A stretch of DNA of 60,491 nucleotides, filler included, from Ionaspis alba (taxonomy: Eukaryota): assembly GCA_964255285.1 (NCBI GenBank). It is 11 parts of 11 records of this genome, joined end to end, with 100 filler letters (N's around TTAATTAATTAA, not from the genome) between each part and the next. Parts side by side here need not be neighbours in the genome. Positions count along the whole stretch, not along the records: positions 38,733 to 44,130 come from CAXUUL010001017.1; positions 44,231 to 49,592 come from CAXUUL010001018.1; positions 49,693 to 55,051 come from CAXUUL010001019.1; 8 more parts are not named here. One strand, given 5' to 3'. Positions 41,817 to 52,815 of the stretch are shown piece by piece. The notes beneath the pieces are model-generated. The model saw only the letters and a list, made by a program, of their open reading frames with translations, had not been told where the DNA came from and made no database searches. A program made the position numbers and the translations under genes. Position 1 is the stretch's first letter. Each line of letters starts with the position of its first letter.

Positions 41817-42906
41817 ATGTACCTCATCGTCTCCCTGCTCCTCAAGTTTCTCGCCCTCTACCTCGGTCTCACCACCTCGCTCTTCAGCATGTCCTATTTC
41901 GGGAACCAAACTGCCTCCTTCTTCGCCCGCCTCCTAGCTTCCTACGCCTGCATCTCTATCTGCGCTATCTACGGTGTTTTCGCCTCCATACTCCTCCGCC
42001 TCATCGGGCGTCACCGGATCTCGCAATGGACCGTCGCCCGCTCCTTTAAATGGGCCATGGCCCTCACCACAGGCGTGAGATTCGAGATAGTAGCAGGGAA
42101 GGAACATCTACAAACGCGGCCGGCGGTGTTCGTCGGGAACCACCAGACGGCCCTCGATGTGCTATTATTGGGCACTATATTCCCAAAGTACTGCAGCGTG
42201 ACGGCTAAGAGCAGTTTGAAGAAGGTGCCGTTGTTGGGCTGGTTCATGGCGCTCAGTGGAACGGTGTTCATCGACCGGGCGAATAGGACAACAGCGCTGA
42301 AGGCATTTGAGGGTGCGGCGGCGGAGATGAGGAGGCAGAGGCAGAGTGTTTTCATCTTCCCGGAGGGCACAAGGAGTAATGCCGAGGAGCCGATGCTGCT
42401 GGGGTTCAAGAAGGGGGCATTCCACTTGGCGATTCAGGCGGGTGTGCCAATCGTGCCGATTGTGACGGGATGTTATTGGGGAGTGCTTGGGGTAAGGGAG
42501 TGGAGGTTTCGACGGGGAAGGATCCCTGTCATCGGTGCGTTGTTCGAATTTTATCTCGATCTTTCTAGTTTCTTACTGCCCGCTTGTGCTAACGGATCTA
42601 GTTCTTCCCCCGATACCAACAAACAACCTCACGGGCGAAGATGTTGAAGAGCTCACCAGCTTTACTCGCGAAACTATGCTACGAGCCCTGACCAAGCTTA
42701 CCGAGACGCCACCGGGGCAACGAGCGTTTCGGCCAAATGGTCTAGCAGTGCCTGTGTCGCGGGCGAAGGGCTCGGCTACGATAGAAGTGGATGGGCCGGG
42801 AAAGAGCAGTGCGGTGGCAGCGGATGGTGCGGGGGATGAGTTGAGGAGGAATGTTGTGCAGAAGGAGATGGGAAAGAGGGCTGTGGTAGATGGATTGGCA
42901 GAGTAG
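41817..42906 (+). CDS. SLC1: 1-acyl-sn-glycerol-3-phosphate acyltransferase; intron ~42535-42601
   Basis: Motifs NHQTALD, VFIDR, FPEGTRS and FKKGAFHLA. Confidence 0.93.
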
Positions 42907-44636
42907 ATGTGGAGGGCTGCATTGTGACTGGCTTTTGATGCATAGACGATGAAGTACTTATGTGGATAATGGGGTGGATTTATCTTATACTATACTCGAG
43001 CATAATGGCGCGCAAATTCATAAACGTTTTCTCATCTCAAATATGCGTGAACACAAACTGGACGCAAAATACTCGGATATCAAGACCGTTGGTTTGAGAT
43101 AGTTCTTGCACGAAGACCGACCACTCTAAGGCCGTCTCTCATACCACCAACTAACGCAATCATTGATAATTGCCAAAGATTTCTTTGGCGATATAGTGAG
43201 TGCTCTTTTGCCTCCAATCCCCTCCTTCATTTACTCCTTGTCATGTTCTTCATACCCTTACTCCTTCTGTTTACCATTTCCATTAAATATCGAAATATGT
43301 TATTGTTCACATAGGACCCGGCGTCGAGACTGTATGTTGGCTCGACGACTAACTTTTCTGGATAATGAGTAGTCCTGATGTATCAATCCGATGGTCTGTA
43401 CCATACCCACAATCAGTACTTCAAGACGAGTTAATAAAGTTTAAAAAATGGTAGAAATCGATGTCTGACGCACGCCACGTGAAGCTTTCATTAAAACACC
43501 GCCACGAGATCCATGGCATCATCAGGGTGAATAATAGTCTCGTGTTGATCCATAAGGCTTGTAGTAATGGAATAGGGTCAAGTCGACATGTCAGCATTAT
43601 ATAGTATGAGCAGTGTTGATCATGTCAGGTAGGACGGGAATCACTATCTCCACACTAGGTCGATATGCTCGAGGCTCCAGTAAACACTCTGCGATTTCTG
43701 CTCCACAAGAGACACAAAGGAGTGATTCCCACTCCTAGATATTGGTACCGATGATCAGGCTGTGACACTGCAAATAGGTGTTGGTACTAAGAGCCTATCC
43801 CATCTATTGCTATCGCCTTCTGTCAATAATGCTGCGAGACCGAGGAGTGACCATATGCCGCTTCCGTTTGGATCTTTCGCAACCTCAAGGAAGCCTCAGC
43901 GCCATATCTCTTCGACAGACTAAACGCACACAATACGTTCTTGAACATGTAAAGCCCCGATGTTTCCACATGCTCTTCTCTTTTGGACATCTCTCAAAAT
44001 GGGATTCGTGCTCGTTCTGGTGACATGATCTTCTGAGCATAGTTGACAGTAATGACAACACAAGGATCGAGCGCTAGGACGTTGAATACCGATAAACTGG
44101 ACTTCTTGTCCATCAAGATTGGCCCATGTCNNNNNNNNNNNNNNNNNNNNNNNNNNNNNNNNNNNNNNNNNNNNTTAATTAATTAANNNNNNNNNNNNNN
44201 NNNNNNNNNNNNNNNNNNNNNNNNNNNNNNTGTTACTTGAGCTTGGTGCAAGCAAGACCGTTACGGACACATTGGGAAGAAGTGCTTTAGAGCTCGCAAG
44301 GATAGGTGGCCATGAAACTTGTGTCATTGCTCTCAATTAACACGATACTTGAAGGTTCCAAAACCTGACGCGGCGGGCGCCGAGAGTACAAGACTGGAGC
44401 TTTGCTGAAGAAAGCACGATCCTTTGCAGTGGACCGTGTCGAGGTTCTGCCTCGAGATGTTTCTGGAGATATCACGTGTCTTTGAATGCTCATAACAAGA
44501 ATGCTTCGAGCGCGGTGCCTATCGACCGCGGGCCCGATTGTATCCAGCTCGATCTGGAGTTGTCGCTGCTGGCCCTAGTAGGCTCACTGTGTAGCAGACA
44601 AGCCAAACCAACGTCGATGCTCAAAAGAACGACCTT

Positions 44637-45819
44637 CTACCAGCGCATTTTCACTCGATCCTCAATGAAGTCTGCGATGTAGTTAAAGTAGTGTGGCTCA
44701 GCGACAGTATCATTATGGGATCCATTCGAAATGTCTTTCCAGATTTTCGTCTCTGCTCGGCAGATCGAGAACAGTTCCGTCATGTGCGATGGCCTAAAAG
44801 GAGGTGCTCAGTTACGACTTTGAGATCGGGAAGACGTTCAATCATCACGGCAGTCCAGAAGCAGATGCTGAGATTTATACCCTTGGGATTTTTGTTTCTA
44901 GCATTTCAACGAAGAATTGACTTACGGCACAATTTCATCCTTTAGACCACTAATGAAGAGGACTGGGATCTTGGTGATTGTAGGGAGAACATCTTCACTA
45001 GACCACCGCTGATGACAAAGTGGAGCTAGATATCGGGCGGGAGGAAAAGCACTATCAAGACATCAGTATTAACTGCTAACGCATATGGACAACATACGAA
45101 CCTGGGTATCATCTTCCGCATCGAGAGGAAAGTGTTCTCAAGGATAAGACCACGAATGTCGCCGGCATCTTGATTCTTTGCCACTAGCTGGATAGCAACA
45201 GCTCCTCCGAGACTTTGCCCATATACAACGATAGTGGAATCTTTTGTCTCCTCAATTTGCCGTATATAGTCAAGACCAGTTTGAGCATCAACCATGAGAC
45301 CTGTCTCATCTGGAGTACCACTGGACAAGCCATATCCCCTATACTCTAGCATGAGAACATTACAGCCAAGGTTCTCCTCGAGCACTCGAGCAATTGGTAC
45401 GCGGTGGCCAATATTCCCTGCATTGCCGTGGAACATCAAAATGGTGATCTTCTTGGCTAGACCTTTGTTGGATGGGCGAATAAAAAATGCGCTGATCATT
45501 TCTCCGTCCGGCGTAGGTAGTTTGAGCTCGTCGTAGTCTGAGATACCAAATTGTGACGGTCTTGGTACCCCTTCCTCGGTTCTTGCCCCAATTGGTAGAT
45601 TACGAGGATAAATGAGCTCACTATATCCATGGTTTTAGTGGGAATGCGTTGGCCCGGACAGGAGTTTACTCACTTCTGTTTGAAATAGAGCAATCCACTG
45701 GCAAGAGCAGCAATGCCAGAAGAGGCAAGCACTGGCAGACGGAGGTATGAAATCAATGTTGCAGCCATTTTGAGAACCTTGAGAGCAAGACTCATTAGAG
45801 CATTCGTAGTAGTGACCAT
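44637..45819 (-). CDS. bem46: BEM46/ABHD13-family alpha/beta hydrolase; multi-exon (start at 45819 or 45768)
   Basis: LLYFKQ|..LIYP, FHGNAGNIGHR, EYRGYG, GQSLGG, ILENTF, LFISGLKDEIVP and HNDT. Confidence 0.9.
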
Positions 45820-46311
45820 GGAAGCCTTTAGCTGTGAAACAGGAATTATGTTCTGCAAGGATAATCAGTTGGGTTGACAATTCTCACTCTACGAATCCGA
45901 ATATTTGAGTCATACATAAAGGATGAGTCCTAGCCACTTATCCGTACTCACTGTATATTAGAGTCATCTTCTCAAACACGTCTCATTGAGAGAGTCTATC
46001 AAACACGTATCCAGAACACTGTCAAGTGGTAAGGTTCGTCTCTTAGCCGCGATTTTACCGATGATTGACGCCACAATGAAACCGATCTTCTAATCTTAGC
46101 GTAAGCGATGGCTAATGTGGTTTAGTCCTCCGCGTTACTTTGAGCTGCCTGAGAGAGCTCTCTTCTTCTCATCAGTCTGATTCAAGCTATTCACAATAAC
46201 CCAAACACTGCTCAACTCCGAAGACTTCATATTTCCAACTCGACGAGGGTTGAGGAACTACACTTCAGTCTCTGGGCAGCTAATTCCCGCCACATCTCTA
46301 CGAACGGAAAT

Positions 46312-47207
46312 ATGCCTGCTACTGGCATGCTAAGAGAAGGTCTGCTTCATGGCTACACTACAGATTTCTGAAATCATGGCTAATTGTGAACAGATGGGAT
46401 TCATGTCGACATGAATCATCTCAAGACGGGAGAGGTCAAGTTAGTAACTCAATGACTTGCTCAGCATTTTCTAAACTGACAAGATTTAACATAGCCTGGG
46501 GACTTCGATGTACGACCCGGTCTTCTCTTCGAAGTACCTCGCAGCTGATCCGCCATTAGTATGGCCATAAACTTCAAAGATGGTGTCATATTAGGAGCTG
46601 ACAGCAGAACAACTACCGGTGCTTACATCGCCAATCGAGTAACGGACAAGCTTACACAAGTCCACGACACGATATGGTGCTGTAGGTCTGGGTCGGCAGC
46701 AGATACGCAAGCAGTTGCAGATATTGTCCACTACCATCTCGGAATGTATGGCATAACCAACGACGAACCTCCTACAACGCAAACAGCGGCTGCCATCTTT
46801 CAAGAGCTCTGCTACGACAATAAGGATCAGCTAAGGTTGGTCTTACACTTCCCGAGTCGTGGGTAGGGAAAGCTGATTCATGTAGCGCTGGCATGATCAT
46901 AGCAGGATATGATCACAGACACGGTGGCCAGGTTTACTCGATACCTTTGGGAGGCTCTTTGCACAAACAATCGTACGCTATCGGAGGATCAGGCTCGACC
47001 TATATCTATGGGTACTGCGACTCATATTGGAAGGAAGGTATGACAGAAGAGGAGGGCATCGCGTTCATGAAGGGAGCTTTAAGAGAGGCTATTAAGTGGG
47101 ATGGAAGCTCTGGTGGCGTTATACGGTTGGTGGTGTTGACGGCCAAAGGTGCCGTTCGACATCTGTATCTCCCAGATAATGGGTACACTGGTCCGGGAAC
47201 AAAGTGA
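46312..47207 (+). CDS. PRE3: 20S proteasome subunit beta-1 precursor; 5 exons including a 15-nt micro-exon (46495-46509)
   Basis: [54 protein letters not shown] and DGSSGGVIR. Confidence 0.96.
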
Positions 47208-48064
47208 GATTTTAGCATCAGTTGTTGTCAAATAGAAGTGGTTGTGCTTCTTGTTGGTGCGAAGCCAGCGAAGCCGTAAGAAGCTCCATCCACTACATTG
47301 TAAAGTCAGCCAGATGTACACAGTCTCCTTGGGATCATGATCAGAGGCTCAGGTATCTGAACGTCCAGCCGCCTTCAGATGCATCGATTTCAACTCTCGC
47401 TTGCTCGAGAGTAAATCTGCCGATTCAAGAGCCTGGTCTAGACTCATGCTGTCAAAGGCTTGTCCAAGGTGCAAGCGCCATGTTCTGAGGCGCATCCAAG
47501 CCACACCCGATCTTGCAGCTTGCCTACCGCGACACCGACCACTACAATAATCAGTTCCCGATGAAATCTCCCCTGAAAATGAAGCAGGATAGAGGGCGCA
47601 CTGGCTGGAGCGCATGGTAAATGGTGATATAATGACTTCCAAGGTATGGCGATTTCCTTTCTACACTCAAACTCTGGTCTTCGCCTTCTCCTGGCTCAGC
47701 TCAATAACGTCGCCTTTTCCGATCCTGGACACGGCCTCTGAAGCTAAGAACAACGCGATATGGCCCATCAATCCAGATCTATATCAAACACCGACGGGAA
47801 CGAGCCTCGACAGTGAGCTTGTTTGCAACGTTGAGATTTCTATTTGGTTGTTGCGCAGTCGGAGTTAATCCTTCCTAATCACCCAACGCACTACGTTCCA
47901 CTACTCACTGCCTGTTACCACGCGACGCAAACCCCACATTCGTACGATCCTCCTCGCCAGGACGTTGTTTGCCAACATTACCAGATCATGTTCTTTTGAC
48001 TAGACATCAGGCTAACCCTTATACTCGAAGTGGTCTGTTCTAGGAACCGGAGTGGTAGGCTGAT

Positions 48065-49592
48065 ATGGGATCAATCGTGATTACCGACGTCGTGTCCAAC
48101 ATCGCGCGACACCCGCATACGATGGTGTTTGGGGACAACCAAGAGTCTTCGAGTAGACTAGAAAGGAACGCTTCCCAGTCAGACCGGTCCCAGCGCTCTT
48201 TCAACCCACAAGCCGCCGCTCCTCCTTACGCTCACCAACGATACCCATCAGCGCCATTAGAGTCCGTTCGAGGCAACACAAGCAGCTCTTCGAGCCTAGG
48301 CCAATACAATCCGCTCGCACAGCGGACCGATTCTCATGCGTCTCTTCCCACCTCGACAGATGCGAGGCCCGGGGATGTTCATACAAATGCTCCGCCGGAG
48401 CAATTAACTCGGCAAGCTTCGAGCGATTCTCCGACCCCTAGACCAGACTACGGGTACGACCAGTCAGGATTCCCTCTTTCAAACGCACCAGGAGGACTAG
48501 CCCCCTCCCCACCCTCCCCACGACTCCTACCTACCGTCCGGTCATCATTTTCCTTGGCCGGCTCTGGCTCTGCCTCTCCTACCCGGATCAAAGTCCGGGA
48601 CTTGAACCATATCCAAAGCTTCGCTAGCGAAGAGGTGCTCACCCGATCCCGCCATGGCTCGCGTCGATCATTGAGAGGACGGCAGGATGGGGGTCAACAA
48701 TATGAGATAAGCGCCATGCCCGTCACAGATATTATTGAGATGGTGGCTGGGCTCTTGACGAAGATTACGACTACCAACGACCGCCAACATGAGAATGTCA
48801 ATCGACATGTAGCTCCACCCGAAGGTGCTACGGGATTGAGTCAGCAAACAACCAGCGTTCTAGCATTTCATGGGAAGAACGTGCCGAGCATCACCATTCT
48901 AAGCTATCTGAGTCGCATCCACAAGTATTGTCCGACGACCTATGAAGTCTTCCTCAGTCTGCTAGTTTACTTTGATCGAATGACGGAAATGGTAAACAGC
49001 GGGACGCTGTCCAGTTTTCGCCATGCGGACCTGCCAGCCGATACGGTTGTGCGGCCACCCAGCAGACCGGCTTCTGTCAACTCCGCTTCCAGCAGAGTCG
49101 AATCTCAAAGATCAAACTCTACAGCTACAGCAACCTCCTCCAATTCACCGGATACTCAGGCACGGCCTGGGACCAGTCAATCTCCGTCCATGCCACCGCC
49201 ACCACCGGCTTCTGAAGCAGAAGCATGCAATGTGTCCCAGTTCTTCGTTGTTGATAGTTTCAACATCCATCGATTGGTGATTGCTGGAGTAACATGTGCC
49301 AGTAAATTCTTTTCCGATGTATTCTATACAAACTCAAGATACGCAAAGGTCAGTCTCGTCTGCCTAGGCGCTAATGTCAACGTTTAACAAGATACAGGTT
49401 GGGGGGTTACCCCTCCTTGAATTGAATCACTTAGAATTACAATTTCTGCTCCTGAACGATTTTCGATTATCGGTACCCGTGGAGGAGCTTGAAGCGTATG
49501 GAAGCATGCTCGTTGAATTCTACGCCAAGGAGGTCATGGCACAACCATCCAGCCATCATCCCACAGAAGGGTTATACATGCAAGCGCCAAGC
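48065..49592 (+). CDS. Pho80/Pcl-family cyclin (Pcl6/7-like); intron 49349-49397; 3'-truncated
   Basis: FHGKNVPSITILSYLSRIHKYCP, NIHRLVIAGVTCASKFFSDVFYTNSRYAKVGG and ELNHLELQFL. Confidence 0.9.
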
Positions 49593-49692
49593 NNNNNNNN
49601 NNNNNNNNNNNNNNNNNNNNNNNNNNNNNNNNNNNNTTAATTAATTAANNNNNNNNNNNNNNNNNNNNNNNNNNNNNNNNNNNNNNNNNNNN

Positions 49693-50218
49693 GCACCCCT
49701 CCAGCACCCTCCTTCCCCCTCCTCCTATCCTCTCGCTCCCTCCTCCTCGCCTCCTTCCTTGCCGCCGCCCACTCCTCCATCTCATCCCGATACGTATCCC
49801 AAACACAATTCACACACCCACTCATGCAGCAATTGTCCGGCTCGTCCGGCCGTGGCGGGACAAGCACGCCGGCGATCATGGTGGAAGCGGCGTCGCGGCG
49901 GACGCGGGCGGCGGGACCGGCGAGGCGGGAGCCGAAGACTACGCGGGCTTTGGCTGCGGTGGTGGATTTGGTGGATTCGGTTGTGGGGGTCGTTTTTGTG
50001 GTGGTGGAGGGGATGGAGGGGTTGCGAGAAGTGGAGGTGGGTGTGAAGGTTGGGAGCGGATTGTTGAGGAGGAGGCTGTAGTAGTCGTCGTCGTCTTTGC
50101 GCGGTGGGGGCTTGGTTGTGGATTGGTAGCGACGGGTTAGGCGGGGGAGGAGGGCGAGTCGGCAGGTTGTACAGATATAAGGTGTGCGGCTGGTTGCGAT
50201 GGATATGGTTGAAGCCAT
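49693..50218 (-). CDS. Mitochondrial oxidoreductase-like N-terminal domain protein (OXLD1/YPL107W-like), 3'-truncated
   Basis: Presequence-like N-terminus and PPRPDEPDNCCMSGCVNCVWDTY. Confidence 0.85.
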
Positions 50219-50304
50219 AGCAAAGCTGCGGTTGTGAGTTGAGGTGGGTGCTATAGGGTTGTTGTTCTACGTCATCGCGGGTTTTATCCTGCCAAGCTTT
50301 GACT

Positions 50305-52325
50305 ACAGTTGATGATTGGAGAGTAGGGCTTCGCAATAGCAGATGTAGTCTAGATCGTGCTTACAAACCCGGTCGATTCGGCATGCGAAATGCAAGTACA
50401 ACATGTTCCCTGGATTTACAATAATAGGTGGAATCTGATAAAGCGTGGGAAACCGAAAGAGACTTTTTTGATTCAGCCGGGTAACCTCATGAAATGATTC
50501 AGTCTTCATCGTCGATTGGCAATTACATTATCGAGTGCATCGGGGCATACCCTAACTGACTACTTTCGAATGTGTCCGGACTTCGGACTTGGGAAATCGC
50601 GCTATATGTATCTCTCGTGTACCTGGCCTCCATAGCTCCAATGTGCCTACCGGATTTATAACTAATAGCAGGTTGCGCAGGATGGAGTAGACCAAGTTTT
50701 CCCGGGACGTGGGACGTATGCAATCGCGCAATTGCCTCCTGTTTGATCGATGCTAGACGCGTGGACAAAACTCCTCATCTAATCTACATCGATGCCCTTG
50801 CTCCGAAGATCATTTCGTGCCTCATCAATCTCCCCCATTAGCTCTTTGTATGCTTCCGGTACATCGTTGAATGTAAATACGCCCCAACCGAGTTTGAAAA
50901 GAAGATATGACCCGAATGACACGATAGCCCAATAAGGGAGCTGAAAGAGATCCATGGTCAGTATTGTTGATCCTCAATGATAGGGTTTGATATGGAACCG
51001 TATCAAGTTCGCTCACAATTGGTATGATCTCGTCCTGGACTTTTGCGCTGAAGGGAATGAGCTGTAAGAAGCACGCAAGGTAAAGCTGATGTGAAAGCAA
51101 TGTTAGAAGAAAGTTGGAGCTGTCACTTTGGCGAGAGCTGAAATACCGAAGACACGAGAAGACCGAATGAGATGGTTTGCTGTGCTTTTGTCATGATCGC
51201 GGCCTTTAAATGCCCGATCACCGAGAGTCGCTGTCCGAAAAGATTGAGAGCCTTTCCCAAGGAAGAAATCTGTCGGTGTTTCGGACACGGCACAATTGCC
51301 CAAGATGAAGGAGCGAGGGGATGTATAGAGGTTTCTGCAGCTCGTAGCTAGGAGAAATGACGTGGTCTATATTGGCTGTGGCTTTGATGGTTGGAGTTGA
51401 AGTCCAAGACGCGTGCGCTAGCTGAGTGACTAAGCGAACATCCGCCGAGGAAGTAGGGGCTCTCTGCTTTCTGATTCGTTCGTGATGCGAGATCAAGCTA
51501 GATCAAGCGGCACCAGTGATCGGAGCGGCCTTTGGACGACTTGGGCGTTAGGGCATAGTGCGTGCGCATATCAGCCTCAACTCCATTTGGGGTCCATCAA
51601 CCGAATCCTCCGTGAGACGTCAGAACCAGGTACTAGCACCTAAATCGGGAACAAAAGCCTAGTGTGCGAGCCGAAAGGAGTTTCGCACAATGAGGCGGTG
51701 CCATGTTCGACTACTGAGACTCGTTCGTGCCAAACAGTTCTTCCGCCTGGAATCCTCCTCATCCCTGGAAGGCGACTGTCAACATTAGCAGGGGTGAGCC
51801 CCTTGCTACTGCGTGGTATGCTGTTGGCTGGGTGGCGCGTGGTCCCCAGGTCACTCCGGCTTCAGACATGATACTCCCTGGAAGCCTAAATATTATGGCC
51901 AGCGTTCGTTGGTGGAAAGGCTGAAGATGGACGAGGATCTCATTCCTGGCCGGGCAATGCTTCCGCTGTATTCTTCGGTCGTTCTAGGTGGCTGATAGGA
52001 TGGATAACACCATTGTATGCATGAGCCAATTTCGAATCGACAGCTCCAGGCATCAAGGCGCAGATATGCTACCTCTTCCGTCAGAGATTCGATGTCCCTG
52101 ATTTTGCCACTTGCCCACGCGAGCATTGTCGGCAGCACAGGGCGTAATCTCTTTTCACAAGAAACTGTATTATGCGGCTGGAAAGTTGTCGTTGGAAGCC
52201 AACATCGGTCAGTAAGAAATCCGCCAATGACCAGCCGCCATGGCTTGGCAATTAAGGCTGTGATCGACAAACGCAGAGGAGCAGCGAACAACAACGAACC
52301 TAGCATCTGCATCGACCAACTTTCT
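50305..52325 (+). ncRNA. TER: Putative telomerase RNA (TER), ~2.0 kb
   Basis: Template-like ACCCTAAC at 50549-50556. Nested long-range helices 50339-48/52300-10, 50372-81/52032-41 and 50475-87/51848-61. CR4/5-like arm at 52126-52270. No credible protein gene. Boundaries are approximate. Confidence 0.65.
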
Positions 52326-52815
52326 ATTGTATTCCTCACACGAACACACCCCACCCTGCCCATCAGTTGCACATATCAATAGAATAGGCCGCGACTGCAA
52401 TGCTAAAGACTACACGGCCGTGACGTACAGCTTGCTAGCATGACTCGTGATCTTACCAATCACTGATTCCACATCGGACCCTAGGCAGTGCGAGCAACTA
52501 CTGCTTGTAAAGCTTCAAGGTTCATCTCGGAGTCTAGGCTGCACCACCCCCTTTCCACCAATCACCATCTGGGACCGGCAATTCAGCTGAGATTTCATTT
52601 TGAGCTTCTCCAGACCGATAGTTGCTTGGGATCAACCACGATGGCAACAGTGTTCGCACTGCGACGGCGTAAACTCATCTTTCACGCCGATATAGCTGTT
52701 CGGGGGTCTTCCGTACGCCAGCAGCCCATTCTCCGGCATCACGCTCCCCTGGTCAGGAGCCCTAACATCTTACAGGCCGCAGTGTAGGCTGGAGAGCCGG
52801 CCTGCTCACTCCATC

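Noticed and set aside
50303..52787. Short ORFs (60-159 aa) in the putative TER interval
   Set aside because: No recognisable domains or coding bias, and many have non-ATG starts.
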